Of a DNA stretch of 64,000 nt, positions 26,382 through 40,200 are shown one piece after another. The stretch's first letter is position 1, and each line of letters begins with the position of its first letter. The stretch comes from Antechinus flavipes (taxonomy: Eukaryota). The notes beneath the pieces were generated by a model. That model was given only the letters and a program-made list of their open reading frames with translations, did not search any database and was not told the DNA's origin. Location: contig NC_067400.1 of NCBI RefSeq assembly GCF_016432865.1, positions 587,078,001 to 587,142,000 on the forward strand, written 5' to 3'. A program made the position numbers and the translations under genes.

Positions 26382-28624
26382 CTAGGGCAGGGAGAGAAGC
26401 AGAGTCAGAATCTTCTCCTTGGGCTGGCTGTCTTTCTCACACCTCCTTTTGTCATCCTTTGTCTATTTATCACTAATTTATCACTATTTATCCCTGCCTG
26501 AGGTCATTGAACATTAGAGCTGGAAGGAGCCTTAGAATATGCAATGTCAGAACTCGTATATCACTTAGCCTCTGCGGGCCTCAGTTTCCCCATTTGTAAA
26601 CTGAGGTCTTGAGCTAGTAGAGACTCTAGAATATAAAAGTGAGAGGGTGGCAGGCTCAAACCTAGACTCTCAGAGCCAAAGGATTTACCAATTGGGTTCA
26701 TCTTCTCTCCCTACAATAGAAAATAAGCTCCCTGAGAGCAGGGGCAGTTTCTTTTAATAATTGTTCCACAAGTGTGTCTTAGCTGGCTTGCGTGGGTTCC
26801 TGAGAGCTGACTGCCAAGTTTTTACTGACCATTTACACCACAGAAATCGGCAAGGGCCGTATATCAGGGGGCCTTGATTTCTTGTTCATTGATTATCTAG
26901 ACTTAAGAAAGGGCTGGAGAGAAAATTAAAATGCCCAGTGAAACTCAACAAATAGGTCTTAAGTACTTTTTGGAAGAGCTGGTTGTTAAACATTTCCTAG
27001 CTCACCCCTGATCCCAGCACTTGGTGTATATTTGTTGCATGTTGTCTCCCACATCAGATTGTTAGCTGCCTTTTGTGTTTTTATTTGTGCCCAGTGCTTA
27101 GCACAGTGCCTGGAACAAGGTAAGGACTTCATCAATGGAAGGACACGTGAATGAAGGAGGGAATAGACTTGGAATGTTGGCGCTGGGAGCTCAGAGGTCA
27201 CCCTTCTGGCTTTTTCATTTTTCAGATGAAGGAAATAAGGCAATTCACCCACGATCACAGAGCTAATTCAGAGCTGGGACGAGGAGGTGGATTTTATGGA
27301 GACCCTACTTTCCATTCCACCCTCAAATTGGGGACAAATGGTGAAGGGCACTAAGTGCCAGTTAAAAAAGGGATGGGAAGCCACTAGGGGGGTTTGCAAG
27401 GCAATGATGTGATCGGACTGTGCAAGAAAGAGCGATTTTGTCAAATGTGCGAGGTAGTCTGGGGGAGGGACAGGAGCCTGGGTTTGGAGGGTTTCACTAG
27501 TCCTGCTAAAGGGCCATGAAGGGTTCTGAGCCCCACGAAGGGGAGAGGAGAATTCAGAGGCTTCTTACCCTGCTAGTCCCCCTTGTCCCACCTAGATGTG
27601 GGTGTCAATAAGAATGAATCTGGGGGAGAAGTCACAGGCCTGCCCAGGATTAAGGGATATCTGGGGCTTCTCCTCAGCCTGCTATGGTGCCCGCTAGTGG
27701 ACCTGCCAGTTAGCTCCTGGCAGCAGAGCCCACTGATTGGGAGAGAGATGGGCCACGGGACAGAGGGAGCTGTCCCCTCGCCCTACCCTTTCCCTATGCT
27801 TGCATTAATACCAACAGGTCCCATTCCCCTTAACTCCCCCGAGGGGCCAGGATTGGGTGTTTAAGGTGCAGAGGGGATGAGAGAACAGCAGAGAAAAGGA
27901 TGTACAAGATGAGATTTTAGCTTGGTGGCCACAGCATGGAGGAGACCCAGACAGATCCCCACGCCGGGTCTTCAGTTCCCATTGTGCCAGGCGGAATCCC
28001 ACCACCATGGCCCACACTGAAGGAGCCCTTCAAGGGCAGAGAACCTGGCTTTAAATCTTGGCTGATACTTAGGCGTGGGGGAAATTCGGACAGGTCACTT
28101 TCACTCCGAGTCTTGGTTTCCTTTTCTGTAAAAAAGAGACTCAGACCATGTGACTTGCCAGGCCCCTTCCTGTCCAGCTTCAAATCCTGTGGTGCTGAGA
28201 TTCCACTTAGTGCCAAAATGTGCCCCAAGTCCACTTCCTAGGAGGGGACACGCTGCTCTGGGACCTCCCCATTGGGGAGGGATGGGCCATGGGTGGGCCT
28301 GGCCCAGGAAAGGACTCTAGCAACCAGACCCCAACCTGAGGCAGGAGGGCAGCCGCTGCTCCGGGGGTTGGGAGGGACTCTGCCCTCGCTGTGCTCCTGC
28401 CAGCCTGCCCACAGCTCGGCTCCCGAGCCAGTCTTATTACCCCGGCAACAGTACCCCGTGTCTGAGCCGCTCCCCCGTCACTGGGACCAGCTGCTGTGTG
28501 TCAGGATCCCTGAGGAGGCTGGGAGGAAAAATGGTTGGCTTTTCAGTGAGTGGGAGCTTCAGATGGGCTGGGCTGCAGGAAAGGGGAGGGGGTTATGAGT
28601 CCCAAAGTATCCCAGAACATCAGT

Positions 28625-28915
28625 GCTTCAGGATCTTAGAACATACACAGATAGAAGGCTTCAAGAATATGTAGTGTCAGAGCCGGGAGGGACCTTAGGA
28701 CACAGAAGGACAGAGTTGGGATAGAGCACAGGATGTCAGAGGTAGGAGAGACCTTAGAATACAGGATATCAGAGCTGGGAAGATCTTTAGAACACAGAGA
28801 ATGTCAGAGCTGGGAGGATCTTAGAATGTCAGGGCTAGGAGGGCATTTATAACCCAGGATGTCAGAGCTGGGAAGGTCTTTAGAACACAGAGAATGTCAG
28901 AGCTTAGAATACATA
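28625..28915 (+). repeat. 33-bp minisatellite array 2 (diverged, about 9 units)
   Basis: Units such as agaacacagagaatgtcagagctgggaggatctt and agaatacaggatatcagagctgggaagatcttt. Confidence 0.85.
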
Positions 28916-30134
28916 ATGCTACAATAGGTGAAGAGTCAGTATATAAAGTGTCAGATCTTAGACTAGATCTTAAAACCTATCCAACATCAATGGTCCATTT
29001 AAAAGAAGGCCCTGAACCTTAGGAAGATTGTCTGAACTTCCCAAAAGTCACATAGTGAAGAGCAGAAAGAAGGTCAGACCCCAGTTCAGTTCTGCTTGTC
29101 CCATAAGATTCACATCTGCAAATCCATCCTAGGAAACAGCAATAACTTTCTCCTCCATGCCCACCTTTCCCCGTTCATTCCCACCTGCCACCACAAATCC
29201 ACACACAATGTAGACATGTCTTCTGCCTCCAATTGCCTTCCCTCCTCCCTGGACAGAATCTCAGATGTCTTGCTCATGATTTTAATTAATTGTCTCTGTT
29301 TTCATTCTCTCTAAATTAAATTGGCCATGCGCTGGAGGCTACCACACTCTTCTTCCACTTCCCTCTCCCCTTCCTGGGTCTGGTTAGTGGAACTTCCCTT
29401 CAGGATAGGCGGACTCCAGGGTACAAAGGAATAGTGGGAAGTCAGACCTGGCTTCCTCCACTGAACCCCAGGCCCCAGGACTTTTGGAAAACAGTGCATC
29501 TGCACTGGCCCTCTTTTATAAATGAGAATGTCTGACAAGGGCATGGATTCCCGTGTACAGAAGGAGCAGAATGTGAGGAAGAGGAGGAGGAAGACGGAGA
29601 GGAGAAAAAGAGAAGGAAATTGTGTCCAAGAGAATGTACGACAGGGACCACTGGAGTGATGCTACGTGGGCAAGAGCGTGATCCAGTGAGACTAAACGCA
29701 GACAGTATGCTCTAGTGGAAGGAGCTCCTCCTGGCAGTCAGTGATTTACTGGGTGCTGTTAAGCAAACGGCTTTCCCTCTCTAGACTTCAGCTTCCTAAT
29801 CTATAAAATGAGAGATGAGCTGTATTCTTTCTAAGGTTCCTTAACTTTTAACATTCTGTGTTCTATGGTTCTCAATAGTTCATCAATCAATAAGCATTCA
29901 TAAAGCACTTGCTGTATGCAAGACACTGTGCTAAGGACACAAATTCTTGTCTTCAAGGAGTTTCCATTCTGTAGGTGGAGGAGCAAAGGAAGGGGAGAAG
30001 ACATCTATAAATCAGAGTATACAAAATAAATATAGGATGGGTGGGAGGTAGCATTAAAAGGAAAATATGGAACTAGCAGCAGGGGAACCAGGAAAAGTCT
30101 CCTCCAGGAGATGGATCTTGAACCAAGTCTTAAA

Positions 30135-30450
30135 GGCTCTGACATCCTGTATTCTAAGGGCCCTCCCAGCTCTGACCTCCTGGGTTCTAAGGGCCCTCCC
30201 AGCTCTGACCTCCTGGGTTCTAAGGGCCCTCCCAGCTCTGACCTCCTGGGTTCTAAGGGCCCTCCCAGCTCTGACATCCTGGGTTCTGAGGGCCCTTCTA
30301 GCCCTGACATTCAGTATTCTAAGCTCCTTCTAGTCTGACATTCTAGGTTTCATGGTCCTTTTAAGTTCTGACATTCTATATTTTAAGGTATATTCCATCT
30401 TTGATATTGTATGTTCTAAAACCTATTTTAGAACTAACATTCTGTGATCT
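30135..30450 (-). repeat. 33-bp minisatellite array 3 (about 5 young and 4 old units)
   Basis: Young units at 30140-30310 decay into AT-rich copies ending in aacattctgtgatct. Confidence 0.92.
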
Positions 30451-30997
30451 GTAGAGGGGGATGTCATCCAGCTCATTCTCAGATATTATGCTGGTTGTAG
30501 GATTTGCCAGGCCATTTGTTCAGGCTGTGCTGAGGAAGCTCCCTGGGGGCGGGAAGGAGGCCAGACTGGGGTGGGCAAAATTTTAAGCTGCTTCCTGTGC
30601 TTAGATACTGTTGGTTCCTTGGGAGCTTTTGAAAGAACCCCAGCTTTCTGGGCTGTGACTCCTGCATTGTAGTCTCTGCTCTACTGGTTTGGACCAGTCT
30701 GGTCCAGAAGTTGAAGGTGTTGGGATGTGCATGTGTGTATGTAAATGTGTGTGTACCTGGATGTGTGTATATTAGGGGGTTTGCAGTGTCCCCCGAGAAA
30801 GGAAGGCACTTGGCAGGGAAGAGAGGCAAAGAGTAGGAATGGACTGTGGCTCCCAGTTTTTCAGCCAGGAGAGTTTTCCTATGTGGATAGTTTGCAACTG
30901 TTTGATGGTTCTCATTTTGGAGCTTCTGCCATGTTCATTGGACTCCAGATTTCAAGCTGGAAGGGACCTTAGAATCCATTTAGTCTATACCCTGAGC

Positions 30998-31221
30998 AAC
31001 TAGGTGGTGTGCCTGGAGTCAGGAAGATCTGAATTCAGATATGGCTTCAGACACTTAGTAGTTGTGTGACTGTAGTAGGCAAGTCATTTCACCTGTCTGC
31101 CTCAGTTTCCTCATCTGTAAAGTGAGCTGGAGAAGGAAATGGCAAGCCACTCCAGTATCTTAGCCAAGAAAATCCCAAATGGGGTCAGGAAGAGTCAGAA
31201 AGGACTGAATGTGACTGAACA
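30998..31221 (+). mobile_element. MAR1-type CORE-SINE
   Basis: tRNA-like head, CORE (ctgcctcagtttcctcatctgtaaa) and RTE-derived tail (ggagaaggaaatggcaagccactccagtatc). Similar copies at about 32575-32700 (minus), 33355-33600, 54605-54835 and 59210-59350. Confidence 0.8.
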
Positions 31222-32531
31222 GGAATCCACACCCACTATTTTAGTAATGAGGAAACTGAGGCCCCCAAATGCTAAGTGATTTGCTCCATGTCATGCAGTT
31301 TCAGAGGCTTGATGGAATCAGCATAATAATGAGAGTACAAGGAGGAAACCAGCAGACTTTCTTAGACAATATTCCCCAGTAGGCCACATCAGGTGACTGA
31401 AAGGTAAAGAGAATACAAGATCCCATTGTGCTCATTATTTGTTGAATGATTAAAAAAAAAAAAAGGTTTTGATTTGGCAAAGCAAAATGCCTTTAGACAT
31501 TCTCCTCCAGGGAAGAGACAGACCCAAGAGATGAATAATGATAGGCCTTAGAGAAACCTCTAGAGCTAAGCATTATGGACCGGTTAGTCCAGTGGTCAGA
31601 ACTTACAGGTTATAAAGTGAGGCTCATGGATTTGGATTGTATCCCCTAGGAGTCTTGAGGGTTTCTCCACCTCACCCCAAGCCATCTGTCTCCACAAATA
31701 TTTGATGATTGCTTGGGGATGGGAGAGGAATGGGGGTGGCTCTGTGTGTGGCAGGAGAGACCAGGCAAGAGACTACTAATTAATAATGTCCCATTTTTCA
31801 AGCTCTTTAAGGTTTACAAAGCTCTTCCCTCACAACAGCCCTGGGAGGAGAAGATCTCCATTTTACTTCCAGCTTTATTATCTCTGCAAACAGGAGCATC
31901 TGGAGGACTTCAGCACTAGAGGGAATCCCAATTCTATTCAGACCCGATGCTGGCCAGCCTACCAGAGAATGACAAGCACGTAGCTTTCTGCTTTATGCCT
32001 CGATTGATATTAGTAATCAGAGGGTCGTCAAACAAAGTGATCTCTGCTGTTACATCTTCCAAGAAAGCCTGCATGATTCTGACATATTTGTGGGAGGAGA
32101 GGCCTGAAGGCAGCATTTTGTTTTTAGTGAATCAAAAACTTGGGAGTTTTTTTCCTCCTAGTTAATAAACAATAGGCAGAGTGAAGTCTTGTATTCCCTG
32201 CCCCTTTAAGTCAACTGTCATAGGATCTTAGATCTAGAAAGGATCTCAGAGTTCACTGAGTTCAATTCCATCATTTTCCAGAGGGAAAACTGAGGCCTAC
32301 AGAGATGAAGGGATTTGTCTAGGGTTATCCAGGTAACAAATGTCTGAGGGCAGATTCGCATCTAGTTCTTCTTGATCCCAAGGTCTAGCATCTTTTAAAG
32401 GCCATATTACCTCCGAGTTTCCTTGACTTCCTTCAAGATTTATCTCCAATCTCACCTTCTGTACAAGTCCATTCCTGATTCCTCCAGCTACTGGGGTCTT
32501 TCCCTTTGGGATGATTACCTCCTTTCTATAT

Positions 32532-32564
<33 letters not shown>

Positions 32565-35245
32565 ACATACACATACATACACATACTGACCCCATTTGGG
32601 ATTTTATTGGCTAAGATACTGGAGGGGTTTGCCATTTCCTTCTCCAGCTCACTTTACAGATGAGGAAACTGAGGCAGACAGGGTGAAGTGATTTGCCTAC
32701 TACAGGGAAGGTCATTTTTCAGTTGCTTCTAAGACACTGAAGTGCTTTGCATTTCCTTCTCCAAATCATTTGAAGATGAAGAAACTGAGGCAAAGAAGGC
32801 TGTGACTTGCTTAAGTTCAGACAGATTGTGTCTGAGACTGGATTTGAACTCAAGACTTCTTGACTTTCGGCTTGGCATTCTATTCACTATGCTATTTAGC
32901 TTCCCTCTTTATCCAGAATGTACTGGTTATTTATTTGTTGTTCTCTTCCTTAGAATGTGAGCTCTTTTCGATCAAGAAGAATATTTTAGCCTTTCTTTAA
33001 TCTCCATTAATCTTTAATCTGCCTTTCTTTAATCCCAGGGCTGTTGTGAGAGAAGAGCTTTGCAAGAGCTTTGTGTTGAGCACAATTCCTGGCATCTGCA
33101 TAGATTAAGCATTAATAAATGTCTGTTGATTAACCATTTGAGAAGTTAGACTCTGTCTTTCTTATATCCTTATCCTTGCACAGTGTGCTGAATCCGTCAG
33201 CTCTGGAATATGGCAGAGCTTCCAAAGCAAGATCTATAATAATTTAAGAGAGTTCAGCCCATCCACACAGGAAAAACCAAGTAGATGAAGAAGGCCCATT
33301 GCTCCCAACTATGATAAGAATTAGATTGATCAGGGTATATATTTTGAATAAAGATGGGGCAGGTAGGTGGTGCTGTAGAGCATAGGGTGTTGGACAGAAT
33401 CAGGAAAATTCATCTTCATGAGTTCAAATCTAGGTTCAGATACTTTTTAGTTGTGTGACCTTGGGAAAATCACTTAACCCAGTTTGACTTAGTTTCCCCC
33501 ACTGTAAAATGAGCTGGAGAAAGAAATGGCAAACAACTCTAGTATTTTTGCCAAGAAAGCCCCAACTGGAGTCATGAAGACTCTGAAATTACTGAATGCA
33601 ACAGATTTAGATGGAGACAACTGAAGGATAATAAACTATTCTCAGATTTGAATACAAGGAGGAGAATGTGGTTTGCATTGGTAAATTGGGCCATGCTTTT
33701 AATGTTTCAAATTTCTCCTGGAAACAAAGGTTTAGCTTAATTTTATTTTTCAATAAATCAACAAACATTTGTTAAGCACCTACTGTATGTCAAGAAGTGC
33801 TATTTGCTGTGGATACAAGAAAGAGGCCCAGCTTTTGAAGATCTAGAGTAGTCAGGCACCTCATCTATAAAATAGCAACAATCTTTGTGCTAGCGAAGCT
33901 CAGACTTCATACTGGGAGGAGGAGGGGAAGGGATGGAACTATGCTAAATCTTTGGTGGAAAGACTCTTATCCTTGGAATGAGGAGAGTCGGTTTGGAAAC
34001 TGCCTCCTATATTCACGAGCTTTATTTAGGCCATCTAATCTCAATGAGCCCCAATTTCCTCATCTGTTAAAATGAAGTTCCCAGTATGTGTGGTGCTTAC
34101 CATATACAGTTGTTAAGAATCAAAGGAGGCTGTATGGGGAGGGCACTTTGCCAACATGAAAGTGCTATGTAAATGCCATTATTATCATCATTATGATGAT
34201 TACAGAATATATTACTTAGAACTTCATTCTGTATTTGAGATGGGGGTTATTATTATTATTTGTCTTTTTCCCGATCATTGATTTCACCAATAAATTTATC
34301 AGTTGATATTTTGAGTGCCTACTGGATGCCACACATTATGCTAAATCTCAGTGTGGAAACTCCCTTCACTGATACAGATGGGGACACCAAGTGGTTATGT
34401 GTCTTTCCCATAGTCACGAAGCTAGCGTGAGTCACAGGAAGGTCTAGGACCCAGGTCTTCCTGACTCTAAGAAGAGCTGTTATTGTCATCATTACATGAG
34501 AGCTGTATGGTGCTGTTCTATAGAATATTTCCTCCTGTGAAGGATTTCCACAGAATTAACAAGATTAGACACATGGCAGATAGGGACGAGCTGCAATGGA
34601 AGCAGCACTGTTTCTGGAATCAAAGGACCTGGATTCGAATTCTGCCTCTGACTATTAGTGTGACTCAAGAGAAGAATTTTCTTGGGACTCAGTTTACTCA
34701 TCTATAAAGCAAGGAGGCTGGTTATAGCCATGCTCAAAGTGACCAAGAATGTCATCAGTATGAAGGGAAAAAAAGACCAGACACATGGTGAGAGGGAGGG
34801 AGCCTAGGTAAACAGGGAGAGGGTTCCATGGTGTTCCCAGGGAAGGTTCCTGGCACACTGGAAGGGACCCCAGGGGGGAACCTAGAGGAAGTCACCTGAG
34901 GAGCTTGCAGGGAATGTCCCAATGACATCATAGATCCTCCAGTACTGGGCAGTGAGAGGGGTCAGGTAGCTTCCAATACTGAGGAAAGCTTGGTGGGATC
35001 AGACTCAGAGGAGTTCTGGGCTCAAGTATAATGTCTGACCCTTTCCTGGGCCTCAGTTTTCTCAGCTATAAAATGGGGGAATAATCCTAGTCTTTCATAC
35101 TTTCCTGGTTTGTTGTGATGGAAAGCACTTTGTACACATCTCACTTGTCTATGTGAGTTCTGATTAAATTCTTGACTTCTTAGGGCTAATCCCTTCCCTT
35201 CCCTCTCCCTCCCCCCCCCCCCGTTCTCCCCTCTCCGTCCTTATG

Positions 35246-35248
<3 letters not shown>

Positions 35249-35292
<44 letters not shown>
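35249..35292. repeat. (AC)22 microsatellite
   Basis: Perfect AC run. Confidence 0.98.
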
Positions 35293-35296
<4 letters not shown>

Positions 35297-35501
35297 CTTG
35301 GGCCTTTGACCTGGGTGCTCCAGGAGGCCTGATGTACCTTCTGATCAAAGTTCTGGGTACAGGAAGGAGGTAAGGCTTGGCAGCCTCTTTTGCTCTTTCC
35401 AATCAGAGGGGCAAAGCAGCCCCGCTCAGCCTGGGGGTGCTCCCTAGCCCCTCCTCCAGGGAGTGACCCTTCCCCGGCTGGCTGAGACCCTGGATGTGGG
35501 G

Positions 35502-35515
35502 CCAGCAGGGGGCAG
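35502..35515 (+). promoter_or_regulatory. CTCF core motif
   Basis: CCAGCAGGGGGCAG matches CCASYAGRKGGCRS at all 14 positions, preceded by GG, in a GC-rich non-repeat context; binding is inferred. Confidence 0.6.
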
Positions 35516-35959
35516 CCGGGGCCTGCAGACCCTTCCCATCTCCGGGTTGGGCTCTGAGCAGCTGCTGCCAGCCGCCTTAGCAGCAGATGGCTCAGCCGGC
35601 TCCCTCCCTCCCTCCCGAGCTTTCTCATCAAGATGTCGCCTCCGCAGCCTGATCCAGCTGCCGTCACCGCCTCATCAAGTCCATCAGCAGCTCTTGGAGC
35701 CTCAGCCCTGGCAGCTTCCCTTCCCTCACTTCTCACCCCCTTCCATCCCCCACAAGTCTCTGACAGCTTCGGAAAGAAGATTTCCTAACAGGGTGCAGTG
35801 GAGGGCACCTGGGGACTGGGGGTGCGGGGAGACTTGGCTGCCTCTCCCGGCTCTGCTCCTTCTGCTTGGATGACCTGTCCCTCCACTTCTCTGGGCCTCA
35901 GATTCCCCACCTGTATGGGTGGGGTGACTAGATTATCTCCAAATTTCTTTTAAAACTAA

Positions 35960-36470
35960 CATTCCATGTTCTAAGGGCCCTCCCAGCTCTGACCTCCTGG
36001 GTTCTAAGGGCCCTCCCAGCTCTGACCTCCTAGGTTCTAAGGGCCCTCCCAGCTCTGACCTCCTGGGTTCTAAGGGCCCTCCCAGCTCTGACCTCCTGGG
36101 TTCTAAGAGCCCTCCCAGCTCTGACATCCCGGGTTCTAAGGGCCCTCCCAGCTCTGACATCCCGGGTTCTAAGGGCCCTCCCAGCTCTGACATCCCAGGT
36201 TCTAAGGGCCTCCCAGCTCTGAGATCCTGAGTTCTAGGGACCCACCCAGCTCTGACCTCCTGGGTTCTAAGGGCCCTCCCAGCTCTGACATCCTGGGTTC
36301 TAAGGGCCCTCCCAGCTCTGACATCCTGGCTTCTAGGGATCCACCCAGCTCTGACCTCCCGGGTTCTAAGGGCCCTCCCAGCTCTGACCTCCCGGGTTCT
36401 AAGGGCCCTCCCAGCTCTGACCTCCCGGGTTCTAAGGGCCCTCCCAGCTCTGACATCCTGGGTTCTAAAG
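35960..36470 (-). repeat. 33-bp minisatellite array 4 (about 15 units)
   Basis: Same unit as array 1, directly following a MIR-type body at about 35889-35950. Confidence 0.95.
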
Positions 36471-37299
36471 TCTCTCCTCACAATAATTATGAACTAGGTA
36501 ATTAAAGCATGTTTTCCATCTTTGTGTCTTTCTATTTCCCCTTTTTGGGAAACCACTTGCCCAAGGCTCTCCTCTCTAGCCAGACCATTTCTTTTCTCAG
36601 GGAATATTCTGCTTTCCCTCCCTCTTCTTCATCATAGTCCACCCTCAGTCACTGACCCCTCACTGTCCTATCCATACAATTCCCTGGGATCTAGAATTGG
36701 AAAGAGGCTTTGGAAGTCACTTTGCAGATGAGGAAACTGAGCCTCAGGTTAAATGACCTGTTCAGACTTGTGGCCAGTCTCTGTGAGTCAGGACTCAAAC
36801 TCAGGTCTTCAGAACTTTAAATCTGCCATACTCTGATTAAGTTTCCTGACAATAAGAGAAGGATCTTTCTATCACAATATGTTGTTTCTCCCATTTCCTG
36901 CTTTGCCTCCATCTCTAGCTTAAGTGGGCGTGGCAAGGACACAACCAGCCAGGATGAGCAGTGGAAAAGGGCCAGAGATACCTAAGAAGTGCCCACAAAG
37001 GATGCTGGGATTTTTGAGGAGGAGAGTCGCTTTCAGCTGGATCTGAAACAGGACAGGTAGGACTTCACGGACTAGGCTTCCTGAGGAAGATGGGGTTCCC
37101 CAACACTGGCACGAAGGCGAGATGAGCACTAACCAGGAATGCCATGGAGGAGACTCCTCCATAATTGGAAATGAGATGCTTTGTCTCTTTGAGGTTCAGT
37201 GATGTTACAGAGGAACTGACCACTGCCCCGGACCTTTACACAGATGGGAAGGACGTTCTAATTAGAGGACACTGCAACAGCCAGAGCTGAGATATCTGG

Positions 37300-40200
37300 G
37301 TCCCAAAGACAGGAAAAGAAGCCATGGAACTCATGGGGATGGGAGACAGCCAAGAGGAATGTCCTGAAGAGGAATGAGGTCCTTCAAATATGCTCGCAGC
37401 TGCTTGACCTCTGGGACATGAATCCACTGGTACCAAAAGAAGTGAGACTGTCCTTCAGGTTCAGGGGAAGAAGAAGGGAGTAGTGGGGGGTGGGTGGCTT
37501 CCAGCTGAATGGGACTGAGGGAGTTTTCCCCAGAAGAGGCCTGCTGCTTTCCTGGGGGCAGGTGACCAGGATCCAAGGCTTATTAAAGCAGCTAACTACC
37601 CTCCTGCTGGAAATTCATTGATGCTGCTGGAAGAAATCTAGAAAGCATTGCTAAAGATTCTGAAGTCTTGGATAAGATACTGGATATTTTTGGGGCAAAG
37701 ACGGTGTTTTCTTTTGATAGAAGGAAAATTATTTAGAGGAGAAAGGCAGATCTGAGAATCAATCATTCAGTCTTTATTAAGCACCTACTATGTTCCAAGC
37801 ACCAAACCAAGCACTAGCAACACAAAAAGAAGCCAAAGACAACCCCCACTTGGGAGCAGATAATTAAGATGATGGTGTCTGAGAATGGGATTTGAATAGA
37901 TGGACTACAACTTCAAATATAGGAATGAAAAGCTCCTCACCAAGGACAGAGTCCATCTAACAAAAGTTTTTATGAACATGTTTGCCTGGAGTCTCAAAAA
38001 TCTGATCAAAAGGTCTTTAAACTGAAACAATCTGGGAGAAGTTGGTATCTGGAAGGATGATGCTTCCTATATACATCTAACAAACCAGGTATCACAGAGA
38101 AAAACTCCAATGTAGGAATAAAACAAGAGTAAAGATGCTCCCAAATTCATAAGAGACATAATCCAGAAGTTAACATTTAAATCCATGTCCTCAGATGTCA
38201 ATTGAGAAGTGTATCAGCTAGGAATACTAGAGAGCCTAAGGGGACAAAACTAAATTCATGAGTATCACTGATATGTCACATGGGATTCTTGGATGGACTA
38301 TGGTTCTGAACTTAGAAATAAGGTATATCCTTCCTCTGAAATTTAAACAAGAAGGATCATGCCAAGAGGAATAGAATAGAGTTGTTTATTAGAAGGAAAA
38401 ACTCACATGTGGTTAAACAAAACCATTTTGGAGAGAGTATTTTTGGGGGAAACCAATGGCTACAGGGACAAAAGTGATATTGTTGAAGAAATGTCTCCTG
38501 TTGTTGAACAAAAAGGAGCGATGGGTGAGGAGGTCATTTGACAGCTCATAACCCTGACCCTGACACATGATCTAATTGTGAAGGGAGACTTTAGTTCCTC
38601 AGATATCCACTAGAGCTGTCTCTCTTTGCCAGAAGCTGATCATCCATCTTTTAGAAAGATGGAACAATGGAATTATCTATTTGATTATCACCAATAAGGA
38701 TGTTACTTGCTGGATGAAAATCTTGGGGAGCATTCCCCAATTTCCCAAATTCATCTCAGAATTTGTAGTAGAGGGTGAAGGGAAGTTGACTATAATCTGA
38801 TATGCATCCTACATTTTAGGAGAGCAGATTTCAAACGGTTCAGAGAAAACATAGAATCCCCTGACTTAAAATTTTATGAGGTAAAGTCAGCTCAGGAAGG
38901 ATGGGACTTACTTGAGAGTGAAGTTTTGAAGACACAAAGAGAAACAATTCAGTTGAGGAGGAAAATGTGGATTGCCTTTAAAAAAGAGAAACGTAGGTGC
39001 ATTGGGAACACATCAATCAGCTTAGATTTTTAAAAAAGAGACATCCAGAAGATGGAAGTAAAAACAGGTAGCACATTTTTAATACAAAAGGGTGCCAGGG
39101 TCTTTTAAGAACTGCAGCAAGAGTACTAATGCTTAAGATGAGCTGAGGCTGGTGATGACAACAACAATAACAAAAAGATTTGTCTGTTCTATTGGGGAAA
39201 AGAGGAGGATTAAAGAAGGAATAAGATCACTGGTGAGGTTGGAAGGGGGTGGTGAGAACAGACATCAGAGAAGTCAGAGCTGCTCAGTTCTGATTTAACT
39301 TTAGATTTTTTTGCTGAGAAGAATGATTTTTGACCTGGAGAGGATGGTCAACAGGGAGCTGAGTTGAAGTCCCAAATAAGTGAGAAGATAGTAAGAGAGT
39401 CCCAGGCTGCCCTTGGTCCAGACATACAAGATCCTCAGGTATCGAAAGAAGTGGCACATATGTTTGCTGAGCCGCTGTCAAGGATGTTTGAAAGACCTTG
39501 GAGAAAGAAAGAAACATTGCAGGGTTGGAGATGTACAAATATTGTCCCAGTTTTTTTAAAGGGAAAAGAATAGAGTCTAACAACTATGCGGGGTGGGGAT
39601 AGTTATTGACTTTGATTCCTGGCAGATTTCTGTTATCAAAGAGCTGGCTGATGAATCTCTAGAAAAAGAAGCAGCAATGACAAAGAGCAAGTGAGCATAA
39701 CCAAAAACAAGTGCATGCTAAACTCATGTATTTTTTGACCCAGTTATTAGAATATTGTGGACATGATTTGTCTAGATTTTAGCAAAACATCTGACAAAGT
39801 CTCCCATATTATTCTTACAGAGAAGATGGAGCGATGTAGACTACATGGTAATAGAGTTTAGATTCTGAACTGATTGAAAAGTTACTCAGTAGGAGTTAAG
39901 TAGGGAAAGTGGTCTCTACTGAAATACCCCAGGGATCTGTTCTTAGTCTGGAATCTGTGCTTGGTCATTTTTTTTATCATTGATTTGGATAAAATCATAG
40001 AGCTAGAAAGAGATTAGAAGTCATAATTAGCTAATTTCTCATTTTAAAGTCAAGGAAATGAGTTGCTCAGGATCACAGAGGTAGAAAACATCAGAATTAC
40101 GGCTCAAACTGAGGTCTTCCGGCTCCAAAAATCTAGCACTTTTCTCAGTGTTTATAAATGCAAATAAAATTTGCAGATGATCCAAAGTCAGGAGGGATAG

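Noticed and set aside
29522-29660. Short basic/acidic ORF (MRMSDKG...RKRRRK...)
   Set aside because: It arises from a GA-rich low-complexity run, is only 45 codons and has no supporting gene structure.
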